A stretch of DNA of 64,000 bases, from the NCBI GenBank assembly GCA_937919205.1, contig CALFOZ010000103.1:4127-68126 (forward strand), written 5' to 3'. Positions 48,765 to 57,813 of this stretch are shown here, piece after piece. Both the position numbers and the translations under genes were made by a program. Source of the DNA: an uncultured Planctomycetia bacterium (GTDB taxonomy: Bacteria > Planctomycetota > Phycisphaerae > Phycisphaerales > SM1A02). The notes under the pieces are model-generated. The model was given only the letters and a program-made list of their open reading frames with translations, did not search any database and was not told the origin of the DNA. The first letter of the stretch is position 1; each line of letters starts with the position of its first letter.

Positions 48765-50231
48765 TTATTTCACCTCGTACGAAGTCCGTCCATGTTTCTG
48801 TGATCGCGAAATTCGATCCGTGGCGTGCAAGCCCGCAAGCACAAACTCGACGCAACTGGCGCGCACCGCGGGGTCCTTGGAGGCGTTCACTTCAAAGGCC
48901 TTGTCCCACGCCGGTGGAACGCGTTGCAAGCGCTCGGCGTAGGTGGAACTTGGAATCAAATCACCAACCTCAATCTTCACGCCTTTCGCGAAAATCTCGG
49001 CAATTTCGCCCAAACCGTGCTCATCCACATATTCCTGAAACACCACGCCAACCGCCTCAGCAATAATGGAGTCAAGCACTTGCTTCTCATTCATTTGATG
49101 ACTGCCCATGAGATCAAGTTCAAGTTTGCCAGCGGAACTTGAGTACAGATGCGCAAGGTCGCTGATGCGCGGCACCGCGGGCGTTTCACCAAGTTGAATG
49201 GCGCGCCGACGCGCGTTGGCCACCATGGTGCGCCAATTGCTTGAAGAGAATCGCGCGCTCACTCCGCTCGAGGCGTCAATAAATCGACTGGCTCTGGCTT
49301 GAATGGAAATCTGCTCAATGATTTCGTCCATGAATGGCGGAACCACAACCGGATGCGAGCCGCCCAAATCAATGCCTGCCTCTTGGCGCGTGATTTGAAT
49401 TCCAAGCGCGCGCTCGCGCGGATAGTGAGTTTGAATCACGCTTCCAATTCTGTCCTTCAATTGCGGAATCACTTTTCCAGAGCGGTTGTATGTGCTTGGA
49501 TTGGCGCTGAACAACACCAGCACATCAAGATCAAAGCGAATGGGGTACCCGCGAATTTGCACGTCGCGTTCCTCCAGCACATTGAACAAACCAACTTGCA
49601 CCAACTCATCCAAGTCGGGCAATTCGTTCATGGCAAAAATGCCTCGATGCGTGCGGGGAATCAAGCCAAAATGAAGTGCGTCCTCACTGCCCATGCCCGC
49701 GCCAAAGGCCATCTTTGCTGGATCGATCTCGCCCACCACGTCGGCGAACTTTGTGCCTGGCGCCAAGCGCTCCGCATAGCGATCTTCACGCCTCCACCAC
49801 GCGATTGGAATTTTGTCCGCCGGCGTGTTGGCCAACATGGCGCGGCCCATGTGTGTGATGGGCTTGGTGGGATCTTCGTGAACAGGGCAACCTGGAATAT
49901 CCATGTATGGAAGTTGCGCGTCAAGAAATCGAATCAGCGAGCGCATGAGACGGCTCTTGCCCTGCCCCTTCTCGCCCAGGAACAACATGTCATGTCCCGC
50001 GATCATGGCGTTGACAATTTCTGGAAGCACGGTGTCTTCATAGCCAACAATGCCTGGAAAAAGATTTTCCTTGGCCGCAAGCATGCGCGTCATGTTCTCG
50101 CGCAACTCTTCCTTCACACTGCGGCTGCGCCAGTCAGACTTCATCAACGCGGAAAGTGTGCGGGGCAAATCTGTGGCGGGAGCGGTGGGTGTGGCTGTTG
50201 TCATTGGTGTGGTGCTTGTGTTCATGTTCAA
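48765..50231 (-). CDS. AAA+ ATPase, Mg-chelatase subunit I / MoxR-related
   Basis: Walker A ([12 protein letters not shown]), Walker B-like ([11 protein letters not shown]) and sensor region (LVLFSANPS). Paired with the VWA protein. Confidence 0.75.
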   Translation of the reverse strand: MNMNTSTTPMTTATPTAPATDLPRTLSALMKSDWRSRSVKEELRENMTRMLAAKENLFPGIVGYEDTVLPEIVNAMIAGHDMLFLGEKGQGKSRLMRSLIRFLDAQLPYMDIPGCPVHEDPTKPITHMGRAMLANTPADKIPIAWWRREDRYAERLAPGTKFADVVGEIDPAKMAFGAGMGSEDALHFGLIPRTHRGIFAMNELPDLDELVQVGLFNVLEERDVQIRGYPIRFDLDVLVLFSANPSTYNRSGKVIPQLKDRIGSVIQTHYPRERALGIQITRQEAGIDLGGSHPVVVPPFMDEIIEQISIQARASRFIDASSGVSARFSSSNWRTMVANARRRAIQLGETPAVPRISDLAHLYSSSAGKLELDLMGSHQMNEKQVLDSIIAEAVGVVFQEYVDEHGLGEIAEIFAKGVKIEVGDLIPSSTYAERLQRVPPAWDKAFEVNASKDPAVRASCVEFVLAGLHATDRISRSQKHGRTSYEVK

Positions 50232-50326
50232 TGGATCAAATACAATGCGTGAACTGGAAATACGCTTTGAATCCTAGGCGCGCATTTCGGCCAGAGGTCG
50301 CGCAAAATAGGCTTGCAATGGCTGTG

Positions 50327-51457
50327 TTATTTGGGTTTTTGCTTGTTGCCATCAAACTGATTGCCTAACCAACCGCGGCGCCAGAACACAATTAAAAATG
50401 TCGCCGCCACTGCCGTCATTAATCCCAATGCAAAGGGATAGCCGTAGGTCCATTTCAGTTCAGGCATGTTCCAAGCGCTCTTTTCCATGTCGAAGTTCAT
50501 TCCGTAAATACTGGCGATGGCTCCCACGGGAATAAAAATAGTCGCGACCACGGTGAGGAATTTGTTGACTTCGCCTAGGCGATTGCTGGTGGAGTTCAAA
50601 TACAATTCCATCAAGTCGCTGGCCATCATGCGGTCGGTCTCAATCAAGTCCATCAAGCGCGAGATATGGTCGGAGGCGTCACGCAAGTATGGTCGCAGGT
50701 CTGGTCCCCACACTTGCTCCATGGTGGTCATATTCAAAACGGCGTCACGCATGGGCCACACAGCGCGGCGCACACGCATTAAATTTACTTTCACCGCGCG
50801 TATGTCAAAGATTTGTGAATTCTTGGATTCCTCCATAATGCGCGCCTCGAGCGCATCAAGCGAATCACCCATTGCGCTGACAATTGGAAAGAAGGCGTCA
50901 ATGACCGTGTCCACCAAGGCATAGGCCAAATACGCGGCATTGCTAATGCGCACACGGCCCTTTTTCTGGCGGATTCTATTGCGAATCACCTCAAGGCAAT
51001 CGCCGGGCGCGGTCTCTTGAAAGCTCACCACGTAGCGTTCGCCCAAATACAAGCACAATTCTTCGGTGGTGAATTCATGTTCGTGGTCAACTGGGTGCGG
51101 CATGGGCACCACAATAAATATGGCGTGGTTGTCGTATTGCTCAACCTTGGCGCGCTGGGAAGTGTCGGCAATGTCCTCCAGCGCCAAGGGATGGATATTG
51201 AAAATGTGGGCGATCGATCTCAGTGTCGCCTCGTCGCCAAGGCCATCCACATTCAGCCAGATCAGCGGCCACTTCTGCATGAACTCTTTCACCTCATCGG
51301 GGTGAGAAAGTGTTCGCTCCTCAAAGTTGTCAGGCGAGTACCCAAAAACTGTCAGCACGGGTTTGGACGATTCGGGATCAATGATCAATGTGCCCGGTGG
51401 AAGATTGTGATTTGGCATGGCCAATTCGTTGTCACTTCTTGTGGAGAAGATATTCAT
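50327..51457 (-). CDS. corA: Magnesium/cobalt transporter CorA
   Basis: C-terminal two TM helices with the YGMNF signature (IYGMNFDM). Confidence 0.92.
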   Translation of the reverse strand: MNIFSTRSDNELAMPNHNLPPGTLIIDPESSKPVLTVFGYSPDNFEERTLSHPDEVKEFMQKWPLIWLNVDGLGDEATLRSIAHIFNIHPLALEDIADTSQRAKVEQYDNHAIFIVVPMPHPVDHEHEFTTEELCLYLGERYVVSFQETAPGDCLEVIRNRIRQKKGRVRISNAAYLAYALVDTVIDAFFPIVSAMGDSLDALEARIMEESKNSQIFDIRAVKVNLMRVRRAVWPMRDAVLNMTTMEQVWGPDLRPYLRDASDHISRLMDLIETDRMMASDLMELYLNSTSNRLGEVNKFLTVVATIFIPVGAIASIYGMNFDMEKSAWNMPELKWTYGYPFALGLMTAVAATFLIVFWRRGWLGNQFDGNKQKPK

Positions 51458-51484
51458 GCGATTAGGCTAACTGCGCAGGTGAAA

Positions 51485-52051
51485 TCACTCAATCACTTGG
51501 GCGGTGAATTTCCAAAACAAATAAATCATGCCCATGGCGACCACGGCGCGCGCGCTCCACGCCAGCGTTCGAATCCAATTGGTGGACACCAGTTGCGCGT
51601 GGATTTGCGCATCAAATCCCTGCGAAAGACGCGTATGGCAGGGCACTTGTAGAAAAAATGTGCTCAACCAAATCGCAATAACCAAGGCCAGTCCGCACCA
51701 AGTGAGCCAAGCGGGAATAGCCGGCGGACGATTCACCACCAAAAGAATGCAACACGCGAGTTCGATCAACATTGGAATAGCCACGATGGGCGTGATCCAG
51801 CGCGAATGCAGTTGTTCGTACTGCGCAAATGTCTCGCGGCTCACTTGGCTCATGAGCGGATAGTGCACAATTTGAATCAGCCAGATCAGGCCCATGAGAT
51901 AGAGCGATGCGGCGGCTTGAACAAGAAGAAGCGGCATGAATATAGAGTTCGTCAAATGATGCGCCTTCGATTGAAATGAATTTGAAAAAAATTCATGGTC
52001 TAGACAAAGTAGTTCACTCTTGATCGTGTTCGCCGCAACAACCGGTGACAC
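51485..52051 (-). CDS. Hypothetical integral membrane protein (about 4 TM helices)
   Basis: Hydrophobic helices from MPLLLVQAAASLYLMGLIWLI onward. The probable true start is M39. No family is assigned with confidence. Confidence 0.5.
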   Translation of the reverse strand: MSPVVAANTIKSELLCLDHEFFSNSFQSKAHHLTNSIFMPLLLVQAAASLYLMGLIWLIQIVHYPLMSQVSRETFAQYEQLHSRWITPIVAIPMLIELACCILLVVNRPPAIPAWLTWCGLALVIAIWLSTFFLQVPCHTRLSQGFDAQIHAQLVSTNWIRTLAWSARAVVAMGMIYLFWKFTAQVIE

Positions 52052-52090
52052 GCAAAATCCTACGCATGCAACCTTGCGCGCGCAATGTCC

Positions 52091-52573
52091 TCACGTCACC
52101 ACCAAGAATTGCAATTGATCGCTGTTGGTGTCCAACAACGCAACCGTGAACTCACTGGCGCGGTGAAGCGCGCCTGGATTAATGATGCGCGTGGCCCCAT
52201 GGTGCTCGTCGCGGCAAACATGCGTGTGTCCATGTAGCAAATAATTCACGCCCTCATCTAACGCCGCTGTGACGCAATCCGAATCGTGTCCATGCGTCAT
52301 GGCAAATGTGCGTCCGCCACATTCAAAGCGCGCCAATGGATGTTGCACAATCACGCCCAACCCAAGCGCATAGCGGCTTAAAACGCGCCAATCTGGATCG
52401 CAATTGCCAAACACCAAATGTGTTTTGATTCCCACAAGTTGATCAATCACCTGCTCTGTTTCAATGTCGCCGCAATGGGCCAGTTCATGCGCGCCATTGG
52501 CCAACAGCAATCGCACAGCTTTGTGGGTGCGCTCGTGTCGCCCGTGACTGTCTGAAAGAATGCCAAGTTTCAC
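52091..52573 (-). CDS. Metallophosphoesterase, YfcE/MJ0936 family
   Basis: Motifs are present: GILSDSHG, CGD, GNCD, and GHTH (LLHGHTHV). The start is set at GTG 52573 to avoid overlapping gltX. Confidence 0.8.
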   Translation of the reverse strand: MKLGILSDSHGRHERTHKAVRLLLANGAHELAHCGDIETEQVIDQLVGIKTHLVFGNCDPDWRVLSRYALGLGVIVQHPLARFECGGRTFAMTHGHDSDCVTAALDEGVNYLLHGHTHVCRDEHHGATRIINPGALHRASEFTVALLDTNSDQLQFLVVT

Positions 52574-52626
52574 GCGCGCATGGTGGCGTGAAAACGGGCT
52601 CGTGGCAAGTTGGTTAGAATTTGCAA

Positions 52627-54297
52627 ATGACTCATACGCCTTCGCTTCGAACACGTTTCGCGCCCAGTCCCAGCGGCCATCTTCATGTGGGAGGCGCGCG
52701 CACCGCGCTTTTTAATTGGGCTTTCGCGCGTGGTCGAGGCGGAAAATTTATCCTTCGCATAGAGGACACGGATCAAAAGCGATCAAGCGACGCGGCAAGC
52801 GTTGGGTTTCTCAAGGACTTGAAGTGGCTGGGCATTGATTGGAACGAAGGCCCCGAATTTGAAGGCTGTGGCGGCGGAGACTTTGGTTCCTACTTTCAAA
52901 GCGAGCGGCTGGATATGTACAACAAATTTTTGGAGCAACTTGTCCAGCAAGGGAAAGCGTATTACGCCTTCGATACGACTGCGGAACTTGACGTGGAGCG
53001 CAAGGAATCCAAGTCGCGCAATGAGGCGTATCGCTATGACCGAAGTCGCGCGGATGCTATTTCACCCGAGCAAGTTCAAGCATGGCTGAAAGAAGGTAAA
53101 TCAGCGGTGATTCGCTTTAAAACGCCTGCGGGAGCCATCGCCATTCATGATGAAATTTTGGGCGACGCCACTTTGCCCGCGGGCGAGGTTGACGACTTTG
53201 TCATTCGCAAAGCCGATGGATTTCCAACCTATCACTTTGCCGTTGTGGTGGACGATGAATTGATGGGCGTGACCACTGTGTTGCGCGCGCAGGAGCATTT
53301 CAATAACACGGCCAAGCATGTTGTGTTGCAAGACGCGCTTGGATTTCGTCGGCCAACGTATGGGCATTTGCCGTTGATCTTCAATCCTGATGGAAGCAAA
53401 ATGAGCAAGCGCGACAAGGACAAGTTGCTTCGTAAGACCGCGCAAGATAAAAAATTGACCGCTCCGCCCGCCAACACCGTGGATGCCACGCGTTTCAGCG
53501 CTTGGCTGGGCGACAAGAATTCGCAACTTGATTTCGCCGAAGCAACCGCCATGGCCACGGCGTTGAACATTGAGTTGCCGGAAATTAATGTGGATGATTT
53601 CCGCAGATCCGGCTATTTGCCGCAAGTGATGTGCAATTTCCTTGCGTTGAACGGTTGGGGACCAGGCAACGATTTGGAAAAGTTTGATAACGCGTTCTTG
53701 TGCGCCAACTTTGCTCTAGACCGCGTGCAGAAAACTGCCGCCAAGTTTGACCGCGTCAAACTTCTGGCCTTCAATCTAGACGCCATTCAAAAGTTGCCGC
53801 GCGAAGCATTTAGCGGGCTGGTGAAAGCGCACGGCGAGATCTATCACCCAGAGTTCATGAAAAAAATCACGGCGGCGCAATTTGATTTGCTGGTGGCGGC
53901 AAGCCATGAGCGCAGTAAAACATTGGACGAGTTGTTCCGCGGCAATCGTTGGCTCGCCTTAGGTGATGAGGAATTGACATGGGAAAAATCCAAGCAAGTT
54001 GAGAAAGCGTTGCTTGCCGGAACTCCAAGCGGACTTGATCGCCTAAAGGAACTGCGCGGGGTTCTTGAAGCTGTTGCGACATGGACTCCCGCAGGCATTG
54101 AGGAATCAATTCGCCAGTGGGCCACCACAGCGGGGCTTGCCGAACAAATTGGTCAGATCGCGCAACCTTTGCGCGTTGGCGTGACTGGCTCCACTGTGAG
54201 TCCGCCAATTTTTGACACGCTTGCAATTCTTGGAAAGTCCAGCTCCCTGCGCCGAATCGATCGCTGTTTGCAAGACTTCGCCACTGCAAAAACTTGA
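52627..54297 (+). CDS. gltX: Glutamyl-tRNA synthetase
   Basis: RFAPSPSGHLHVGGART (HIGH) and KMSKR (KMSKS) motifs. 556 aa from ATG 52627. Confidence 0.92.
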   Translation: MTHTPSLRTRFAPSPSGHLHVGGARTALFNWAFARGRGGKFILRIEDTDQKRSSDAASVGFLKDLKWLGIDWNEGPEFEGCGGGDFGSYFQSERLDMYNKFLEQLVQQGKAYYAFDTTAELDVERKESKSRNEAYRYDRSRADAISPEQVQAWLKEGKSAVIRFKTPAGAIAIHDEILGDATLPAGEVDDFVIRKADGFPTYHFAVVVDDELMGVTTVLRAQEHFNNTAKHVVLQDALGFRRPTYGHLPLIFNPDGSKMSKRDKDKLLRKTAQDKKLTAPPANTVDATRFSAWLGDKNSQLDFAEATAMATALNIELPEINVDDFRRSGYLPQVMCNFLALNGWGPGNDLEKFDNAFLCANFALDRVQKTAAKFDRVKLLAFNLDAIQKLPREAFSGLVKAHGEIYHPEFMKKITAAQFDLLVAASHERSKTLDELFRGNRWLALGDEELTWEKSKQVEKALLAGTPSGLDRLKELRGVLEAVATWTPAGIEESIRQWATTAGLAEQIGQIAQPLRVGVTGSTVSPPIFDTLAILGKSSSLRRIDRCLQDFATAKT

Positions 54298-54326
54298 TCA
54301 AGAATTGCGTATACTATTTCGTTCAC

Positions 54327-54400
54327 GGACTGTTGGCGCAGTTGGCTAGCGCGTCTCCATGACACGGAGAAGGTCACTGGTTCGAGCCCAGTACAGTCCA
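54327..54400 (+). tRNA. tRNA-Val (anticodon GAC)
   Basis: Hand-folded cloverleaf: acceptor GGACTGT/ACAGTCC, D stem GCGC/GCGC, anticodon stem TCTCC/GGAGA with loop ATGACAC, T stem ACTGG/CCAGT with TTCGAGC. 74 nt. Confidence 0.9.
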
Positions 54401-54453
54401 CTTTGATCGCTTGAAATGCTTTCTTATTTCCCGCAATTTCCAGGAACGACTCA

Positions 54454-54723
54454 ATGTCACACGCTCAACAAACGCTCAAGCAATTGTTCTCGCATCCAAC
54501 TTCCCACAACATTCATTGGCGCGATATTGTCCACATGTTCGAGGGTTTTGGCGGCACATGCGATGAAACCAAGCATGATCATTTGAAGGTGAAACTCGCT
54601 GGCAAGGAAATGTCTTTTTCCATTCCCAAGGGCGGCAACCACGCGCTTAGTAGCGATGATGAAATTGGCGCCATTCGCCATTTCGTGAAAGACTGCGGCT
54701 TGGCCCCTGAAAAAACCCATTGA
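54454..54723 (+). CDS. Hypothetical 89-aa protein (weak HicA-like pattern)
   Basis: The H-rich central segment (HDHLKVKLAGKEMSFSIPKGGNHAL...IRHFVKDCGL) loosely recalls HicA-type toxins. No partner gene is present. Confidence 0.4.
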   Translation: MSHAQQTLKQLFSHPTSHNIHWRDIVHMFEGFGGTCDETKHDHLKVKLAGKEMSFSIPKGGNHALSSDDEIGAIRHFVKDCGLAPEKTH

Positions 54724-54736
54724 ATTACACCGGCAC

Positions 54737-55270
54737 ATGAGGCTCATGCATGGAGCATCTTGGCTTGTTCTTGTGGGGATTTGGTTGTCCGCCATTGAGG
54801 CGTGGCCAACGCTTCCCGCCAAATTTCCAATCCACTTTGATTTCGCGGGGCGGCCGGATTCATTTGTGGACAAGAGCATGGTGGCGTGGTTTCTTCTGCC
54901 CGTGTTCGCCAGCGTGATGAACACGGGGCTTTCATTGTTGGCGCCAATGATTCGCTGGATGGCGCTGAAACATCCGGAGTTTGTGAACATGCCGCGTAAA
55001 GCGCAATGGTTGAAGCTTGATACGCAGGCGCGACTGCGAACGTTGAAGCCAGTATTTGGCGCGATGCGGGGTCTGCAATTACTTGTGATGGCGTTGTTTT
55101 TATTCATCGTGGTGAGCAGTGTCAAAGTGGCCAGCGGACAATGGAGCGTTCTGCCCACGTGGCCGATGTTTTTATTCTTGGCCGCGATTGGTGCGAGCGT
55201 TGCGTGGTTGCTGTTCAGGTCTATCACCGCGGTCAAAAAAGAAGTGAAAGTTTTTACGGATCGGCCTTAA
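54737..55270 (+). CDS. Membrane protein with a DUF1648-like N-terminus
   Basis: The PIHFDFAGRPDSF motif follows the first TM helix. There are four predicted TM helices. Confidence 0.55.
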   Translation: MRLMHGASWLVLVGIWLSAIEAWPTLPAKFPIHFDFAGRPDSFVDKSMVAWFLLPVFASVMNTGLSLLAPMIRWMALKHPEFVNMPRKAQWLKLDTQARLRTLKPVFGAMRGLQLLVMALFLFIVVSSVKVASGQWSVLPTWPMFLFLAAIGASVAWLLFRSITAVKKEVKVFTDRP

Positions 55271-55312
55271 AAACCTATTGCGGTATGTTCCGTGGCAGGT
55301 CACTATGAGTCG

Positions 55313-56104
55313 ATGAACAACGCCTCAATGAAATATCAAATAGCACTATTGGTCGGTGGCTTGGGAATGCTCTTGAGCGCCTGCGCTGGCAACGGCGAGC
55401 AATCGAAGCCAGTCACTGCGCCAGTTTCCACGACTTCTGCGAATTCAAAACCAACCTCGCCACCAATTGCTTCATCCACGGCGCCAACCGCCACGGCAGT
55501 AAGCGATGGCTGGATCACACTCTTTGATGGTGGCGACCCCGCGAAATATTTCCGCGGTTTCAAGAAAGATACTTTCCCAACTGGTTGGACCGTGCGCGAT
55601 GGTTGCTTGGTACGAACGGGTCCTGGCGGCGACTTGATTACGCGTGATGAATTTCAGAATTTCGATCTCACCTTGGATTGGAAAATTGTCAAAGGCGGAA
55701 ATTCCGGCGTCATGTACCACGTGAGCGAGAACGCCAACAACACGTACGACACTGGACCAGAGATGCAAATTCTGGACGACGACGCGCACAACGATGGCAA
55801 AGATCGCCTGACATGCGCGGGCGCGAATTACGCTTTGTATCCCGCGCCCAAAGGTATTGTGAAGCCTGTGGGTCAGTGGAACTCCATCCGTATTTTGTGC
55901 AATGGAAACCATGTGGAGCAATACATGAACGGCGTGCAAATTTGCGCGTTCGATGTGGGTAGCGCGGATTGGAAAGCGCGATTGCTTGCCAGCAAATTCT
56001 CCAAGTTTCCTTTGTACGCCACCAAATCCACCGGACACATTGCCCTGCAAGATCATGGCGATGAAGTTGCGTTTCGCAATATTCGAATCAAGCCGTTGCC
56101 ATAA
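55313..56104 (+). CDS. DUF1080 (3-keto-disaccharide hydrolase-like) lipoprotein
   Basis: Lipobox LLSAC is present. DUF1080 hallmarks are GWITLFDG...F, W-x-V-x-DG, and the C-terminal GHIALQDHGDEVAFRNIRIKPL. Confidence 0.8.
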   Translation: MNNASMKYQIALLVGGLGMLLSACAGNGEQSKPVTAPVSTTSANSKPTSPPIASSTAPTATAVSDGWITLFDGGDPAKYFRGFKKDTFPTGWTVRDGCLVRTGPGGDLITRDEFQNFDLTLDWKIVKGGNSGVMYHVSENANNTYDTGPEMQILDDDAHNDGKDRLTCAGANYALYPAPKGIVKPVGQWNSIRILCNGNHVEQYMNGVQICAFDVGSADWKARLLASKFSKFPLYATKSTGHIALQDHGDEVAFRNIRIKPLP

Positions 56105-56113
56105 TTGTTGACC

Positions 56114-56791
56114 ATGCCTGAGAGCGACGACCAAGACGATGTTCGGACCGATAGCGTGCCCGGATTTCCCAGCGAGCGTTTGGAAAGGTATTTGCATCGC
56201 GCGTTGACATTGCCCATTCGAGACACACTGTTGAGCGCGCTTGCGCATGTGCCGCAAGCCGCAGTGGCCAGCGATCTAGGTTGTGGTCCAGGCAAGGAAG
56301 TCGCGGAGTTGTTGCGGCGAGGTTGGCGCGTGGAAGCTGTGGATGCGTATGCGCATATGTTGCAAGCCACGCAGGCCGCCGCGATTGAAGCGGTAGGGGC
56401 GCAAGAAACATCGGCGCGTTTGTGTTGCGTGCATGCTCCAATTGCGCGTTGGTCCGCGCCGACGCAAAGTTTGAACTTGATCCACGCAGGTTTCTCTTTG
56501 CCATTTGTAGCCGCGGCGGATTTTGCGGGGGTTTGGAAAAAAATATGCGCTGTATTGAAGCCAGGCGGAATCTTCGCGGGGCAATTATTTGGGCATCACG
56601 ATTCATTTCTCACGCAAAGTCCCGCGGGATCCATGAACGTCCACACGCATGATGAAGTTGTGAAACTTTTATCCGGTTTTCAAGTGATTTCAATTACAGA
56701 AGAGGAGCGCGATGGAGTTGTGGGGATTCCTCCCAATGAACAGCCAAAACATTGGCATGTCTTTCACATCATTGCGCGGCGCGCCACTTGA
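56114..56791 (+). CDS. Class I SAM-dependent methyltransferase
   Basis: Motif I DLGCGPGKEV followed by an acidic residue at the end of strand 2 (VEAVD). Confidence 0.7.
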   Translation: MPESDDQDDVRTDSVPGFPSERLERYLHRALTLPIRDTLLSALAHVPQAAVASDLGCGPGKEVAELLRRGWRVEAVDAYAHMLQATQAAAIEAVGAQETSARLCCVHAPIARWSAPTQSLNLIHAGFSLPFVAAADFAGVWKKICAVLKPGGIFAGQLFGHHDSFLTQSPAGSMNVHTHDEVVKLLSGFQVISITEEERDGVVGIPPNEQPKHWHVFHIIARRAT

Positions 56792-57329
56792 TGTTGCAAC
56801 CAATGCTGGGACGTTGATCGGGGCTAGGTTTGGCGCCACTGAGCACGGCGTCAATGGCCGCGCGTACATCCTTGCCGTCCACAGGCAGTGCGTTCCTTGG
56901 TCGGCTGGCGTCAGATTGTCCACGGTATGCCAGCGTGTGCGCCGTGTTGTACAGGAAAAAATCCGGAGTGCACGCCGCGTGAAAGTCGCGCGCGACTGTT
57001 TGTGTTTCATCAAAGCAATATGGAAACACATAGCCAGCTTCAAGTGCCGCGCGCTTCATGTGCTCTGGACCATCTTGCGGATGCGTCAGCGTGTCGTTGC
57101 TGGAGATTGCCACGATTGCAAGTTTGGATGATTGATAATCCAAACCTAATTTCGCAAGTTGGCCGCGCACATGCACCACATAGGGGCAGTGATTGCAAAT
57201 GAACATCACAAGCACCGGGCGGTTGGCGAAATCATCGCTGTGAATCATTTTTCCCGACATCATGTCGGGCAAATCAAAGCGGGGCATGGATGAATCAAGC
57301 GCGATCATTTGACTTTCAAGTGCGGTCAT
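56769..57329 (-). CDS. Thioredoxin-fold (AhpC/TSA-like) thiol-disulfide oxidoreductase
   Basis: VLVMFICNHCPYV contains a C-x-x-C motif in a thioredoxin-fold context. Its 3' end overlaps the methyltransferase gene by 23 nt. Confidence 0.7.
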   Translation of the reverse strand: MTALESQMIALDSSMPRFDLPDMMSGKMIHSDDFANRPVLVMFICNHCPYVVHVRGQLAKLGLDYQSSKLAIVAISSNDTLTHPQDGPEHMKRAALEAGYVFPYCFDETQTVARDFHAACTPDFFLYNTAHTLAYRGQSDASRPRNALPVDGKDVRAAIDAVLSGAKPSPDQRPSIGCNIKWRAAQ

Positions 57330-57388
57330 TTATGCGTCTCCATGAAATAGGTGTGCGAAGCGGGGCAATCAATCGTAGACTTTTTTAC

Positions 57389-57670
57389 ATGTCCAAGTAT
57401 CGCGATGAAGGTCCAAGCGCCGAAGATTTGCGCCGCTACGGAGTGCACGCGAGCGAGGATGTGCACGCCGTCGTGTACTGCCCTGATTGTGCGGCAGAAA
57501 TGCACCCCAGCGCGGATATTTGTCCCGAGTGTTTTTGCTTTGTCAGTGGAACGCGGTTGCGCAAACATCCGTGGAAGGAGCGCGCGAAAAAAAATCGCGC
57601 CACTCTCATTATCGCGTTACTTTTATTCGCATTGCTCTTGCCATTCATCGCTTGGTTGCGATGGTGGTGA
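57389..57670 (+). CDS. Zinc-ribbon protein with a C-terminal TM anchor
   Basis: CPDC...(x10)...CPEC zinc-ribbon spacing and a terminal hydrophobic helix (LIIALLLFALLLPFIAWL). The start is taken at MSKYRD. Confidence 0.45.
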   Translation: MSKYRDEGPSAEDLRRYGVHASEDVHAVVYCPDCAAEMHPSADICPECFCFVSGTRLRKHPWKERAKKNRATLIIALLLFALLLPFIAWLRWW

Positions 57671-57697
57671 CTGCGAAACTTCGCAGTAAGAGTGCAA

Positions 57698-57770
<73 letters not shown>

Positions 57771-57813
57771 GAAGAGAGAAGCGTAACCAAGCACGAAGCA
57801 CTCGGCAAGGTGA

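Noticed and set aside
49299-50252. 317-aa plus-strand ORF
   Set aside because: It is antisense to the AAA+ ATPase gene. It is a shadow ORF with no motif.
57671-57686. Hairpin ctgcga-aact-tcgcag after the zinc-ribbon gene, considered as a terminator
   Set aside because: The stem is only 6 bp and there is no T-run on either strand.
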